A stretch of DNA of 63,042 bases, the filler included, from Folioceros fuciformis (Eukaryota), in the NCBI GenBank assembly GCA_049999805.1. It is 6 parts of 6 records of this genome, joined end to end, with 100 filler letters (N's around TTAATTAATTAA, not from the genome) between each part and the next. Parts side by side here need not be neighbours in the genome. Positions count along the whole stretch, not along the records: positions 39,356 to 52,422 come from JBNGIO010005217.1; positions 52,523 to 57,281 come from JBNGIO010005220.1; positions 57,382 to 63,042 come from JBNGIO010005222.1; 3 more parts are not named here. One strand, given 5' to 3'. Under the pieces are notes generated by a model. It worked only from the letters and a program-made list of their open reading frames with translations, searched no databases and was not told the DNA's origin. A program made the position numbers and the translations under genes. Shown in pieces: positions 45,501-57,705 of this stretch. Numbering within the stretch: the stretch's first letter is position 1; the number at the start of each line of letters is the position of its first letter.

Positions 45501-48428
45501 CCACAACAAAACGGAGTGGCTGAAAACAAGAACAAGGCACTTGAGACTTCAGCATCAAGCATGCTAGCATATGCAGGCCTTCCCAAAAGCTACTGGGCAG
45601 AGGCAGTTGCTTATGCAACTTATATTCAGAACTGGATTGAGCACTCATCTATGCAAGGGAGAACCCCGTTTGAAGTCTGAACTGGAGTGAAACAAGACAT
45701 CTCTCATATGAGAGTCTTTGGATCCCCTATGTATGTGCATGTCCACAAGGAGCTCAGGAAGAAGTTCGATCCAAAATCGACATCTTGCATATTTATCAGT
45801 TTTACAAACAGGATAAAAGGATATAAAGTGATAGACCTACGTACCATGAAGGTGATGCATTCAAGGGATGTTATTTTTGTTGAAGGAATAAAATCCCATG
45901 ATTCAGTGGGAGCTGCTGTCCAAGACCAAGAGTCGGATGAAGAGCCGGAAATCGGCTCCTACAAGGATGTAGCCCCAATGGCTGCAAATCCTACACTACA
46001 GCCTGTACCTATAGTTGTAGCACCAGCAGCGCCACAGCAAGTCCTTGCAACACCAGTTGTACAAACACCTGTCAGGCCAGTTAGCAGCACAGAAAGTGAG
46101 CCAATCGTTTTTGGAGACTTTTATGTGGAAGGTGTCGTCTCACCTGGAGACATATTTGCTACACCTTCGAACTACCAGCCTGTGTCTGCATCTGGGATGG
46201 TACAGCGAATGAAGATGGGAGTTAGTGTTCCTACTCCACCAAGGGACAGACCAGTCCGTACAACAGCTGGAAAAATCGACCTGTATAAAGTGCATGATTG
46301 GAGGCACCCGAAGAATACAAGTCATTCAAAGTCAAACCTTACCTACTGCCTAGCAGCCTCTGTGGAGCACTTCGAACCTCAAACGTATGAAGAAGCCCTT
46401 TCCTGCCCAGATGCTGAACATTGGAAGAAGGCCATAGCATCGAAACTGAATTCCTTGAAGGAAAATGAAACTTGGCAACTTACTGAATTGCCAGCTGGCA
46501 GGAAGGTTGTAGGCAGCAAATGGGTCTTCAAGATCACATTGAAAGCTGATGGTAGCATTGAGAGGTACAAGGGAAGAGTCGTGGCTAAAGGCTATTCACA
46601 AATTGCAGGAATTGATTACACAGATACCTTTAGCCCTGTTGTAAAAATGAGCACACTTAGACTCTTCCTGGTACTAGCTGCTGTCCATGATTATGAGCTG
46701 GAGCAATTGGATGTGACAACAGCCTTTCTTTATGGCAGCCTGCATGAGGAGATATATATGGAGCCACCAGCTGGTCTTGTAGCACAAGACAAAAATCGTC
46801 AGTATGTGTGCAAATTGAGAAAAACCTTGTATGGACTGAAGCAAAGTCCACGTGCATGGTTTGCACGAATTCATAGCTTCCTAGTGTCACATGGATATCT
46901 GCCCATCCATGCTGACAGCAATGTGTATGTGAAACAAGGAAATGGCAAGGAGTTTCCGGCTCTAGCTATATATGTGGATGACCTTATCATCATGTCCAAC
47001 AATTTAAGCATGATTGAAGAGCTAAAAGGGCAGTTGCGGTCAGCATTCAAGATGACAGATGCAGGAGCACTAGCTTTATGCCTGGGTATGCAGATCAGCA
47101 GAGATACGAAATGAAGGAGAATATTCATGCATTAGTCAAAGTATATACGCCATATCCTTGCACGGTTTCAGATGACAAACTGTAAGCCAATATCAACTCC
47201 CCTTGAGCAGAATGTAAAGTACAAGGCACAAGTGGGGGAAGTGGAGCTTACTGCTGAGGAAGATCGCCTGATGACAAAGTTTCCATATGCATCCCTCAGC
47301 GGCAGTGTGATGTACCTGATGTTGGGGACACGACCAGATCTTGCATATGCTGTTGGTATGCTGTCACAGATCCTTTCAAATCCAGCGATGGCTCACTGGC
47401 AAGCAATGCGAAGAGGGTTTAGGTACATCAAAGCAACTGAGGACTGGGGCTTACTGTACAGCGCCAATGCAGCGAGAGCTCTTACATTAACAGCATACAG
47501 CGACGCTGATTGGGCAGGTGATCAGGACACAAGGCGTAGCATCTCCAGCTACGTTCTTCTGCTGGCAGGTAGTGCCATATCCTGGAGCAGTAAGCGTCAG
47601 CCCACCATAGCACTCTCCTCCACGGAGGCTGAGTACAAATCTTTAACTGAAGCTTGCAAGGAGATTATCTGGGCTGTACGAGCGCTCGTTGAGCTTGGGT
47701 CCCAAGCAGCTACCAATTAGCTTGAAGTGTGATAATTAGAGTGCAATCGCACTCTCAGAATCCAAGGTACCACGCAAGGACCAAACACCTGGAAGTACAG
47801 CACCACTTCATTAGGGAGCAGGTGTCAAGCGGGCTGCTCCAGATGGTTTGCTCTCCAATGGATGTGATGACAGCGGATGTTCTCACCAAGGCCTTGAGCA
47901 AGGCGAAGCACCACCGACACATCCAAGGTATGGGAATTCGAACCGCATCAAGAGGGCACGTCTGGACAGCGGATCCAGTTGAAGCGAGCAGTAGCCGCCA
48001 AGTAGGCAGCGGCGACGGAGAGCGGTCTTTACCAACAAGTAGCGCAGGCAGCTTGAGCGGATCAGCATCTCACGGCAGTGGCCTGGACGAATGCGGCCAC
48101 GAAGAAGATGAAGATTGAAATCACTTTTTGATAGTGTTTCTTTGGTGGCAAGTTTCTTGTAGGTGTTTCAATTTCTAGTTGAAGTTTCTTAGGGCGTCTA
48201 TAGGAATAGTTATCAAAATTATATAAACTATCCTAACCTAACTCCTGAGTGGGAGTGAAGCAATATATATATATACAGTAGTACAGTCATTAGGTTAGTT
48301 AAGTCAAGTATAGAATAAACCCTAGGTTGACGGGTTCTTATGGTTATAACTTGTAACCGCTTCCAGGCACCCGCACACATAAGAGTGTGGCCGTGCTCAC
48401 GTTAATGTAATGAATCCAAAACCATTCA
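42595..48428 (+). mobile_element. Full-length decayed Ty1/copia element 11, nested in the integrase of element 10
   Basis: LTRs 42595-42768 and 48256-48428 (several mismatches); TSD TATTC; PBS TGGTATCAGAGC 42769-42780; PPT TGAGTGGGAG 48246-48255; gag ATG 43647; pol fragments 44102-48118. Confidence 0.96.
43172..43621 (+). CDS. Extra sense ORF (149 aa) upstream of gag in element 11
   Basis: Open frame in the 870-bp leader; stop 25 nt before gag ATG. Confidence 0.5.
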   Translation: MHERNYQEQLAPGNRWQQEWFRICIILELMATNLLQGVPAGEDYEWSQIYVSGLYLWNTMSAPSTSTFEISLPATPENVFQGILFQLDSLFRQQPLTPTLSYIYDYASYVVHKIHFEYSFSQTLNLLVSLEVEGLLDFKTSCKARFHLV

Positions 48429-49278
48429 TATTCGGCTCTCCAGCCTACGCATATGTACCTGCAGAATTGCGAAAGAAGCTTCAAGACAGAGCTAAGCCTC
48501 TTATTTTTGTTGGTTATGGAGAAGAAACGAATGCTTACAAATTATATGATCCTTTTTTGAGATCCTCTATTTTTGCACGCAGTGTTACCTTCAAGGAGCT
48601 TGTCAAGCCAGATCAGTCTCACTTTGCGGACACTTCTGCTGTCCTTGATGATTCGCTTGCTGACGACTTTAACACTACAGCCTCTACGTATCCTCAAGAT
48701 ATCTATGTCGTTCCGTCTTCAGGGGTGCTCCTCTTTTTGCAGCTAGTGGTTCAAGGGGTGGCACTTCGTCATCCACACAGGCTGGACAGCCTGTACATCT
48801 TGCACATGTTCTAGTACCACATGTTCAGTTTCAGGCCCCTGTACAACTTGCTCAGCCGTTGGATGATGATACAAAACCCCTTGCTGCTACTGAAGACATT
48901 GAGGAACTCATACATGTCGAGGGCATAGGTCAAGAGGATCCTGCTCCTGTTCTTGAAAACCAACTTGCTGTGTCTGAATTTTCTGATGTTGATAAGGATC
49001 TCCCTATTGTTGAAGATCTACCTGAGATCTCAGCTCCTGCCCTTGAGGAGCGTAGATACACCAGCAAGACTCGCAACCCTAGAGACCAGTGGCATGACAA
49101 GCCATATGAATCCATAGACTTTAGGCTTCCTAAGTCAGCTAGAATGTCAGTCTACTCATCTGTAATCCTATCCTCTACTGTTGAACCTCTTGTTGAGCCC
49201 AGAACTTATCAAGAGGCCATAAATGGTAAAAACAAACAACACTAGATTCCTTCTATCCAAGATGAGTATAACTCACTC

Positions 49279-50790
49279 ATGAAGAATGAGACTTGGGAGT
49301 TATGCCCGTTACCTGCTGGCCGTAAGGCTGTGAGCTGCAAATGGGTTTTCAAACATAAACTTAATGCACATGGACAGATTGCACGTCACAAATCTCGTTT
49401 GGTAGCACGTGGTTTCTCACAAGTTGCTGGCGTTGATTTTAATGAAACATTTAGCCCTGTAGTCAAAACGCAATCTATTAGAATGATTCTAGCTTTGGCT
49501 GCTGCACGAGATTGGGACCTAGAGCAGATGGATGTATCTACTGCATTTCTCTACGGGGAATTAGAAGAAGAAATATATTTGGTCCAACCTGAAGGCTTTG
49601 AGGATCGCGAGCACCCTGACTGGGTCTGCAAGCTGAAGAAAACTCTGTATGGGCTCAAACAAAGTGCCCGTGAGTGGTATAAATGTATAGACAAATACCT
49701 GAGATCAATTGGTTTCCTTCAAAATCCTGCAGATGCTAACGTCTACATGTATACCAAAGGTGGGCATATCGTCATCCTGGCTCTCTACGTAGATGATGCC
49801 ATCCTCGCGTCAAACAACAAAGAGATACTGGAGTGGGTAAAGGCAATGCTACATAAGGAATACGACATGAAGGACATTGGACAACTTACATTTGCCCTAG
49901 GTGTCCAGTTGCTTAGGGACAGGGCCAATAGAACCCTTGTCTTCCATCAAACAAAATATATCAATGAGACCTTACGTCGTTTCAACCTAGATCAAGCCAA
50001 ACTAGTCAGTACCCCTGGCAGCATTGGAGTCAAGCTTACTTCTGACCAATCCCCCCATGATGAGCATGAGAAGGCAGCTATGTCTGAAGTCCCTTATCGT
50101 CACGTTGTGGGCTGCTTAAACTACATAAGTTGTTGGACTAGGCCTGACATCCAGCATGCTGTTAGCTGCGTGTCTCAGTTCCTGGAAAACCCAGGTAAGG
50201 AGCACTGGGGAGCAGTGAAGCGCATCCTAGGATATTTAAGAGGAACTTCAACCTATGGATTATGCTTTAGAGGGAAAGGACAAGATATCACCTTGGTGGG
50301 CTATGCTGATGTAGACTGGGCTACTAATCCTGAGAGCCGTCGAAGTCTCTCAGCATACTGCTTCTTCCTTTCAGATGTTGTGGTAAACTGGAGCTCTAAG
50401 AGACAATCGTTAGTTGCTCTCTCATCTACGGAGGCTGAGTATAAAGCCCTTACAGCCTCAGCCAAGGAGGCCAAGTGGGAAAGGACATTCCTTGCTGCCT
50501 TGTCCTTCAAGCAACCTGCACCCACTGCCATATACTGTGATAATCAATCGACAATAGCCCTGGTAGGAAACCCTCGATTTCATGCCCGGACTAAGCACAT
50601 AGAAATCCAGCACCATTTTGTGCGTCATTTTGTTGAAAGGAAATTTGTCAAGGTCGAGTACATCCCTACTGACCTCAACACGGTAGACCTGCTTACTAAA
50701 ATTCTGCCTACTACTAAGCACAACTTTCACATGGAAGCTATGGGTCTCATCAACTACTTAGCTGTAATCCCTTCCAGCTCTGAACAGTGA
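49279..50790 (+). CDS. Copia RT-RNase H of element 10 (503 aa open stretch)
   Basis: KSRLVARGF, QMDVSTAFLYG, LYVDD, SSTEAEY, CDNQS, TKHIEIQHHF. Confidence 0.95.
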   Translation: MKNETWELCPLPAGRKAVSCKWVFKHKLNAHGQIARHKSRLVARGFSQVAGVDFNETFSPVVKTQSIRMILALAAARDWDLEQMDVSTAFLYGELEEEIYLVQPEGFEDREHPDWVCKLKKTLYGLKQSAREWYKCIDKYLRSIGFLQNPADANVYMYTKGGHIVILALYVDDAILASNNKEILEWVKAMLHKEYDMKDIGQLTFALGVQLLRDRANRTLVFHQTKYINETLRRFNLDQAKLVSTPGSIGVKLTSDQSPHDEHEKAAMSEVPYRHVVGCLNYISCWTRPDIQHAVSCVSQFLENPGKEHWGAVKRILGYLRGTSTYGLCFRGKGQDITLVGYADVDWATNPESRRSLSAYCFFLSDVVVNWSSKRQSLVALSSTEAEYKALTASAKEAKWERTFLAALSFKQPAPTAIYCDNQSTIALVGNPRFHARTKHIEIQHHFVRHFVERKFVKVEYIPTDLNTVDLLTKILPTTKHNFHMEAMGLINYLAVIPSSSEQ

Positions 50791-50883
50791 TGTGCAGAAG
50801 CTAGATGTTACAGAACCTGCATACAGACTAAGTTTTTCAGTTAGCAGGTCTAGATAGGTGTTTGTTTTTCATAAACAAATCAA

Positions 50884-50933
50884 CAGACAGTGGCGGATGA
50901 AGCTAACCATCCACATCCAATCACCACTTGCTG
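50884..50933 (+). other. Conserved 3'-UTR stem-loop with GGATGAAGC core (copy 4)
   Basis: AGTGG / CCACT arms enclose CGGATGAAGCT...CATCCAATCA. Confidence 0.55.
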
Positions 50934-51290
50934 CTGCTACTAATCTGGGATGTCAGCTGCATCGCCTGCTTGCCGTCTCCGTGCCCATTTTTTGCTCTTG
51001 TTGCCAGTATTTGGTCATGAGGAATGCTGCTATTGCAAGCGCGCAAGCGGACAACACCAAGTGGAGCATGCTCGTCATCTTCGGGCTATGCCTACTGCAT
51101 TACTTTGTCGTGTCGTGGTTAAGAGGGTGTGTTGAACCCGGTTAGGGTCCCCTGATAACCATGTCACTTGGACTTTAATTAAACATATAAGTTAGGTCAA
51201 GTAACCAACCCCAAGAATGAAAAGTCACTTAGTTATTTACGATTTTGTACTTAAAGACTTTTTCCTTTAATTAAATGTATTGTTGTTTCA

Positions 51291-51760
51291 TGAGACCAAA
51301 TCTCTTCTCTCCAACGCTCTCCACTCTAGGAAAGTTTACACTTTGTCTACACTAGAAGAGGGAGTTAGGGATGTGAAGAGGGACTCATCCCTGCATATAT
51401 GGGCTGTAACCCCAGAATCCAGTTACCAAGCTACTTCATCACCTATTAAGGTAGACAAGCAGACTGTTAGGATCTTAACTAATGGCTTGTGGAATCTACA
51501 GGCTTGTCATGGACAACAGTGCTGGCAGTAGAGCGGGAAGGCTTGCGTGCCTCCCCAGCTTTCTGTTTCCTACATTCATTGGCCCAATGCCCAGGTTTGC
51601 CGCACCAGTTACAGTTTCCAGTGCGTTTTGTGGAAGGTCCTGCATCATTGCGTTGGCCTTTATTTCTGTTTCCCTGGTATGAGGACTGCATCCGCATCTT
51701 GTCTTTTGTGGAGGCAAAACCCCGGGCACTGACTGCCAACGGGTTCCACCTTTAGTGGCC
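51291..51760 (-). mobile_element. Copia gag-knuckle/protease fragment (element 12)
   Basis: CNWCGKPGHWANEC, ILTVCLS, LDSGVTAHIC. Confidence 0.85.
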
Positions 51761-52319
51761 ACACTTATCCCACTGTCGTTGAGACATTGGGTTTCGTTCC
51801 CACGAAGGAGCGATGGGGTTCCTTGCTGCTGTGGATGGAGGGTCGGACTTGATCGACTCAATGATGGATTCGAGGGCTCCCCTCCTGTTCCGATCAAGCG
51901 TAGGACATGCCTTGCTATCCAGTGGTCTGCTGCACTTCTCTCGGTGCCCACAAACTCACTCCAGTCACTACAACGACCCTAACCTCTTAGATCTGCGACT
52001 TCCCTCACTCACTTCACTCACTCTCTCACTCCAGCACCAACACCAGCAACTAACAACGACACCACTACCTTCTACACTTCCCTACTAACTCCTCCTACCC
52101 GGCAAGAGTCACTAGACTAACCCCAAAGAAAAGAAAGAAGGGAACACACTCCCCTCTCAGGTATCTCCTCCCCACAACCTTACCAGACGCCATGAAACAT
52201 GGCCGGCCTACAGCAATTGTCCAAACAGGGAACAAGAGTGGACAGGTCGAGAGAAAGACACATCCTTTACAATTAAGAGCTAGGGGCAAACCCCTACACC
52301 CTGGTCATTACACCTTGTG

Positions 52320-52422
52320 ATCCTACCAGACACTATACAACCGGCAACACGCTGCCCGCAATCCTACCAGACACAGTACAGCCGGCAACACGCGGCTTGC
52401 GATCCTACCAGACGTTGCACAG
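52320..52422. repeat. 41-bp tandem repeat (2.5 copies) running into the gap
   Basis: ATCCTACCAGAC starts at 52320, 52361 and 52402. Confidence 0.8.
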
Positions 52423-52522
52423 NNNNNNNNNNNNNNNNNNNNNNNNNNNNNNNNNNNNNNNNNNNNTTAATTAATTAANNNNNNNNNNNNNNNNNNNNNN
52501 NNNNNNNNNNNNNNNNNNNNNN
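52423..52522. other. Artificial contig spacer
   Basis: N44-TTAATTAATTAA-N44. Confidence 0.97.
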
Positions 52523-54556
52523 GTTAGTGGCTCGTGGTTTTACACAAAGACCAGGCCTAGATTACCATGATACATTCTCGCCAGTTGTTAGGTTTACCTC
52601 AGTCCGTGTCCTCCTAGTATTCGTAGCTCAAAATGATCTCACAGTCCATCATATGGACGTGAAGACAACCTTCCTGCACGGGGAATTAGAGGAGGACGTG
52701 TATATGCAACAACTTGAGGGTCATGTAGATAAGAAACACCCTAGCTATGTTTGCAAGCTCATAAAGACAATATACGGCCTTAAGCAGGCCCCAAGGGCAT
52801 GGTTCCAGAAGTTTAGCACATTCCTCAAGTCGTTAGGATTCAAAGAAAGTGATGCAGACTCGAACGTTTACCTTTGCACGGATGGGGAGATGTTCGTCAT
52901 CATAGCACTCTATGTTGATGATGCTCTGCTGATAAGCAACAGCCCTGGAACTCTGCTGCCAAAGGTCAAAAGTCTGCTGCGCAAACACTTTGAAATGACA
53001 GATCTTGGAGTCATCCGATTCTTCTTGGGAGTGCAAGTGCTGTTAGTTCTAGAGGAACAATGTGTGCTACTGCATCAAGCACACTATGTAGACTTGATGC
53101 TCAGAACATTCAACATGGAAGATGCAAAGCCAGTCAGTACACCAATGGCCACTGGGACTCGACTGTCCAAGGTGGACTGTCCCAAAACTGAGGAAGAGAG
53201 AGCCACCATGCTGGCAGTTCCCTACAGAAAATTTGTGGGGTTTGCCGTGTACATGTCAACCAAAACGAGGTTCGACCTGAGCCAACCCTGCGGCATCCTT
53301 GCTCAGTTTGTTGAAGACCCTAGCAGCACTCACTGGACAGCAGGAAAACGAGTCATGAGGTATCTTAAGGGTACCAGAAACTATGGACTTTGATATCGCA
53401 AAGATCCAATAGTCAAGACTCTGTTTCTGCAAGGCTACACAGATGCTGACTGGGGAGGTGATCCAAACACACGAAGGTCAGTGTCTGCTTACTGTTTCAC
53501 TCTTGCTGGAGTGGCAGTTTCCTGGCAGTCGAAGAAGCAGACCTTCGTCAGCACCTCCACAACAGAAGCTGAGTACGGAGCAGCTGCAGAGAGCTGCAAG
53601 GAGGTTGTCGCCAATCGCAGGCTCCTGGCTGATATTTCTCAAGATCAGACTGAACCAATGCCAGTGTACTGCGACAACCAGTCGGCACTACTTCTGGCCA
53701 GTAATCCTGTTTACCACGCACGTACAAAGCACATAGATCTGCATCTTCATTATGTTAGACAGTCTGTTACACGTAGAGAGGTTGCACTTATCTACGTGCC
53801 CACAGATGCAAATTATCCAAACCTGCTTACAAAACCATTAAGCTGAGAACGGCATGAGTCTCATGTCCAGAGCCTAGGGATGATAGACACCACACCGCTC
53901 CTGGCACATGCTCTAAAGCCAAGTTAGGTCAGTCCGTGTCATAGTCTGATTCTGACCAATTCATTAAGGTGATAGGTCTAGAGTCGGGTTTCCACAGAGA
54001 GCATTCACACCCAAAGTCGCTGTCAAAAGTCATGTAGGTGCATTCCCGCAAGTACCCTGCCATCTGGAAGACCTGCAATTCCGTAACTGCAAATTACAGG
54101 CACTTTGTATCAAGCCACAGAAGCGGATCTTGCTAACATTCCAGACAATGGAGAAAGGAGAACCACTCACAGTAATGTGAACGAGCTCACCTTCAGCATC
54201 AGCTCAGACGTGTCCTGGTCTCGATACTAGTCTGGAGGGCCAACGGCAGTCGGCTTCCAGCCACCACAGAACGAGAGCAACATCGCGTGCAAGCCGTCGT
54301 AGGTAGTAATCAAAGTCGGTGCGAAATTAGGTTAGAAAACATGCGTCTAAGAGGGAGTGTCGAGGGCCTAAGTGTTTGGGCCTTAGGCATTAAGTAGCCG
54401 CATATCATAACCTAAACCTAACCGCCACCAGGACCAACCGCTGCCGGGTAATGACGGTTGAGTCAAGGGACACGTCCCTAGACCTGGATGTGTCCGCTGA
54501 CCCTTATGTATCGCGCTGCTCGTGTGAGCTAATTTAATCTTGTCTTTCTGCTAGCA
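52523..54556 (+). mobile_element. Ty1/copia element 13, 3' part: RT-RNase H, 3' region, PPT, LTR from 54358 (right end approximate)
   Basis: HMDVKTTFLHG, LYVDD, TDADWGG, STTEAEY; PPT AAGAGGGAG followed by TGTCG. Confidence 0.9.
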
Positions 54557-54964
54557 TGCGTATGATCTCTAGTTTTTTGCCTATCTCCTATGTTGCCATA
54601 ATGCGATACTGAGGTGGCTAGCATTTAGGGCTGAGAGTGGAGGCCAAGGCTAGGGCTGGGACCTCCTCTCAATTGCTGAGGTGGCTGATACTTGGAGCTG
54701 TAAGTGGGAGCTAAAGATGATGCTGGAGTTCTCATTCAGCTGGAGTTGTGGTTGGCGTTGAAGACAGGGCTAAGGATTCTGATCTTTTTTGCTGTAGTGA
54801 GGCTAGGGCTAGGAGCCGGCTGATAAATAGGGTTAGATTAGGGCAGTGTGGGAAGGTTGTAGAAAACCTTGACACTAGTTCACTCCCTTGGGAGCGAATC
54901 ATAGTACTGCAACGATAATAAGGGGATGTGTGGCCGTTTGGTGGTTCTTGGGTGCAAGAAATCA

Positions 54965-57281
54965 CTCCACACTAACCATGATCGCTCGTTATATAAACAT
55001 AATCCTACGGGGACTATCTTAACACACCCCCTTAACCACGACATTGGTTAGGAGATAGGCGTTAAACGCAACTAAAGACAAGGACACGAAGGTGCGAAAA
55101 TGGCTGGCACACTTGGTTGCAGCTGCAAAGCTGCCCTTGCTAGAGGACAAGTAATTCCGGCTGATTAGATAGAGCAGTCGAGCTTCATCCGGCCAGACAG
55201 TCCAAATATCACTCCACGCTAACACTGTAGAGAAGAGCTGGGCAGGTAGGAGTTGTAGGCTACCAAGCCCAAGGCTTCTGTATGAAAATCGTGCTTGAGC
55301 GTAGGTAGACTTTTTGTGAGGACGTCTGCCATATTTAGCTCTGTAGGGATATGCTCAATGCTAACCACCTTCCACTGCACTGAGTGCCTCACAAAGTGAT
55401 GGTGGATTTCTATGTGCTTCGTGCATGCATGGAAGCGGGGATTCCCAACCAGGGCAATAGTGGACATGTTGTCACAATAGATGGTGGTAGGGATCTTCTA
55501 TGGAAAGTTTAAGCCAGCAAGGAAAGTGCGTTCCCACTCGGCCTCTTTTGCTAAATCTGTTAGTGCTTTATATTCCGCTTCCATTGAGGAGAGTGCTACT
55601 AAGACCTGTTTCTTTGAGCTCCAGTTGATAGCTGCTCCAGACAGGAGGAAGCAATAAGCAGAGATGCTGCATCTTTGATCTGAATCTGTCGCCCAGTCCG
55701 CATCACAATAACCCTGCAAGCTAACAGTCTCATTTGTGCCTCGGAAGCAGAGTCCAAGTGTGGAAGTACTCTTAAGGTAACGCACAATTCTTTTGACTGC
55801 AACCCAGTGAGTATGGCCTGGATCTTCAAGGAATTGTGAAACAGCACTGATCGAGTGCTGAATGTCTGACCGTGTCCAACAACTAATGTAGTTGAGGCAC
55901 CCAACAGCGTGCCTATAGGGCACCATGCTCATAAGCTCACGATCAACCTCATCTTGAGGGCTCTGCATAGAGGTAAGTTTCAAACCAACGCTGCCGAGAG
56001 TGCTTACTGACTTTGCATCCTGCAGATTAAGTCTTTGGAGAGTCTCACCAATGTACTTGGTCTGGTGCAGGATGAGAGTATGATTAGTCATGTCACGGAT
56101 GAGCTGCACACCTAAAACAAAGGTAAGAGAACCGATATCCTTCATGTCATAGCGCTTGTGGAGCATCCCTTTTACCCAGTCTAACAACTCCTAATTGTTT
56201 GATGCAAAGATCGCGTCATCGACATAAAGAGCCAAGATAACCATGTATCCTCCTTTGTTGTAGACGTAGACGTTTGCATCTGCAGGGTTTTGGATGAACC
56301 CAATAGATTTCAAGTATTTGTCAATTCACTTGTACCATTCTCATGCACTCTATTTGAGGCCGTACAACGTCTTCTTAAGCTTGCAGACCCAAGTAGGATG
56401 CTCAGGGTCCACAAAGCTTTTAGGCTGTTCCATGTACATGTCTTCCTCGAGATCCCCGTAGAGGAAAGCCGTTGAAACATTCATTTGTTCCAAGTCCCAG
56501 TCCCTTGCTGCAGCCAGGGCCAGCATCATGCGGATCGATTGCGTTTTCACAACAGGGCTGAAAGTTTCATGGAAGTCCACTCCAACCACTTGAGAAAAAC
56601 CTCGGGCTACAAGACGACTCTTGTACCTAGCAATCTCTCCTTGTGCATTCAGCTTATGTTTGAAGATCCATTTACAGCTCACAGCTTTGCGTCTAGCAGG
56701 TAAAGGACACAGTTCCCATGTTTCATTCTTCATGAGGGAATAGTATTCATCTTGAATGGAAGGGATCCAGTGATGCTTGTCCTTGCCGTTTATAGCCTCC
56801 TTATATGAGCGTGGTTCAGCAGGGTGAACAGTGCTGGTGGAGAAGGCCTCACAGAGTCGAGCTGAACGAGGCTACCAAAAATCTTCAGGTTGATAAGGTC
56901 GTTCACTCCATTGATCTAGTGGAGGACGCAACCTGATGGGGTATCTTCGTGCTTCCACAACAGGTTCGAGAACAGGAGATGCAGTCACAGCTGGTTCAGG
57001 CTCCAGATAAGTGAGAACCTATTCAGCAGCCTGCTCATGTTCATAAATAGGTGAGAGGGATTGATCTCTGAAATCTAAATGCTGAACGTGCTCAAAATCA
57101 TCCACTGCAGGATCAGCTGTTGGTATATCAGCTTGAGAAGTTGCATCATCTGTCTCATCTACACCAGGTGTAGCATCACTAATCTGTTCTACAGGTAAGT
57201 GTGCAACTGGCTGAACAACTAACTGATGTCGAGCTGAGGTTGGCTGTGACTGTGAGTCAATAGTATGGGCAGGTGATGGAG
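54965..57281 (-). mobile_element. Ty1/copia element 14 (family B), 3' part: RT-RNase H 55219-56800, PPT, truncated LTR with its 5' terminus at 55024
   Basis: RT very similar to element 10 (VVKTQSIRM.LALAAARDWDLEQM, CLNYISCWTR). Confidence 0.92.
55156..55197 (-). other. Conserved 3'-UTR stem-loop with GGATGAAGC core (copy 5)
   Basis: TCTGGC / GCCGGA arms enclose CGGATGAAGCT...TATCTAATCA. Confidence 0.55.
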
Positions 57282-57381
57282 NNNNNNNNNNNNNNNNNNN
57301 NNNNNNNNNNNNNNNNNNNNNNNNNTTAATTAATTAANNNNNNNNNNNNNNNNNNNNNNNNNNNNNNNNNNNNNNNNNNNN
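57282..57381. other. Artificial contig spacer
   Basis: N44-TTAATTAATTAA-N44. Confidence 0.97.
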
Positions 57382-57705
57382 GCCGGCGCCCTCGTCAGAC
57401 GGGCGTCCTGGCCACGGCGCCCTAGCCACCACCCTGTCGGCCTGGCACCCTAGCCGCCACCCTAGCCAGCGGTCTAGCACCCTAGCCGGCGGCCTGGAGC
57501 CCTAGCCGCCGCCTTGACCGCCGTCCGGGCGGCCTGAAGCCCTAGATCCGTGGTAGCAGAGGGCCTGACGCCCTCGGGGCTTGGCCACACCCTAGGCACC
57601 CCTAGCGCCCCTGGCGCCCCACTTGGGGTCTACTGGCGCCCGTGGGGTCAAGCGCCCCCGGTGGAGTTGCCCCCTTGGCAGCCGGGGCCTGCCCGCTAAT
57701 TGACA
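57382..57705. repeat. GC-rich repeat (CCCTAG/GGCGCC motifs) inserted in the integrase of element 15; probable LTR end
   Basis: Abrupt composition change; ends TTGACA at the junction with YILNRVITS. Confidence 0.55.

Larger units (their letters stand above)
39356..51290 (+). mobile_element. Ty1/copia element 10 (family B, host of element 11): gag from 40228, IN split at 42594/48429, 3' LTR 51130-51290
   Basis: Integrase reads HLRVF|GSPAYAYVP across the insertion; PPT AAGAGGG; LTR TGTTG...TTTCA. Confidence 0.93.

Noticed and set aside
52320-52422. CRISPR-like array
   Set aside because: Simple 41-bp tandem repeat without unique spacers, in eukaryotic DNA.
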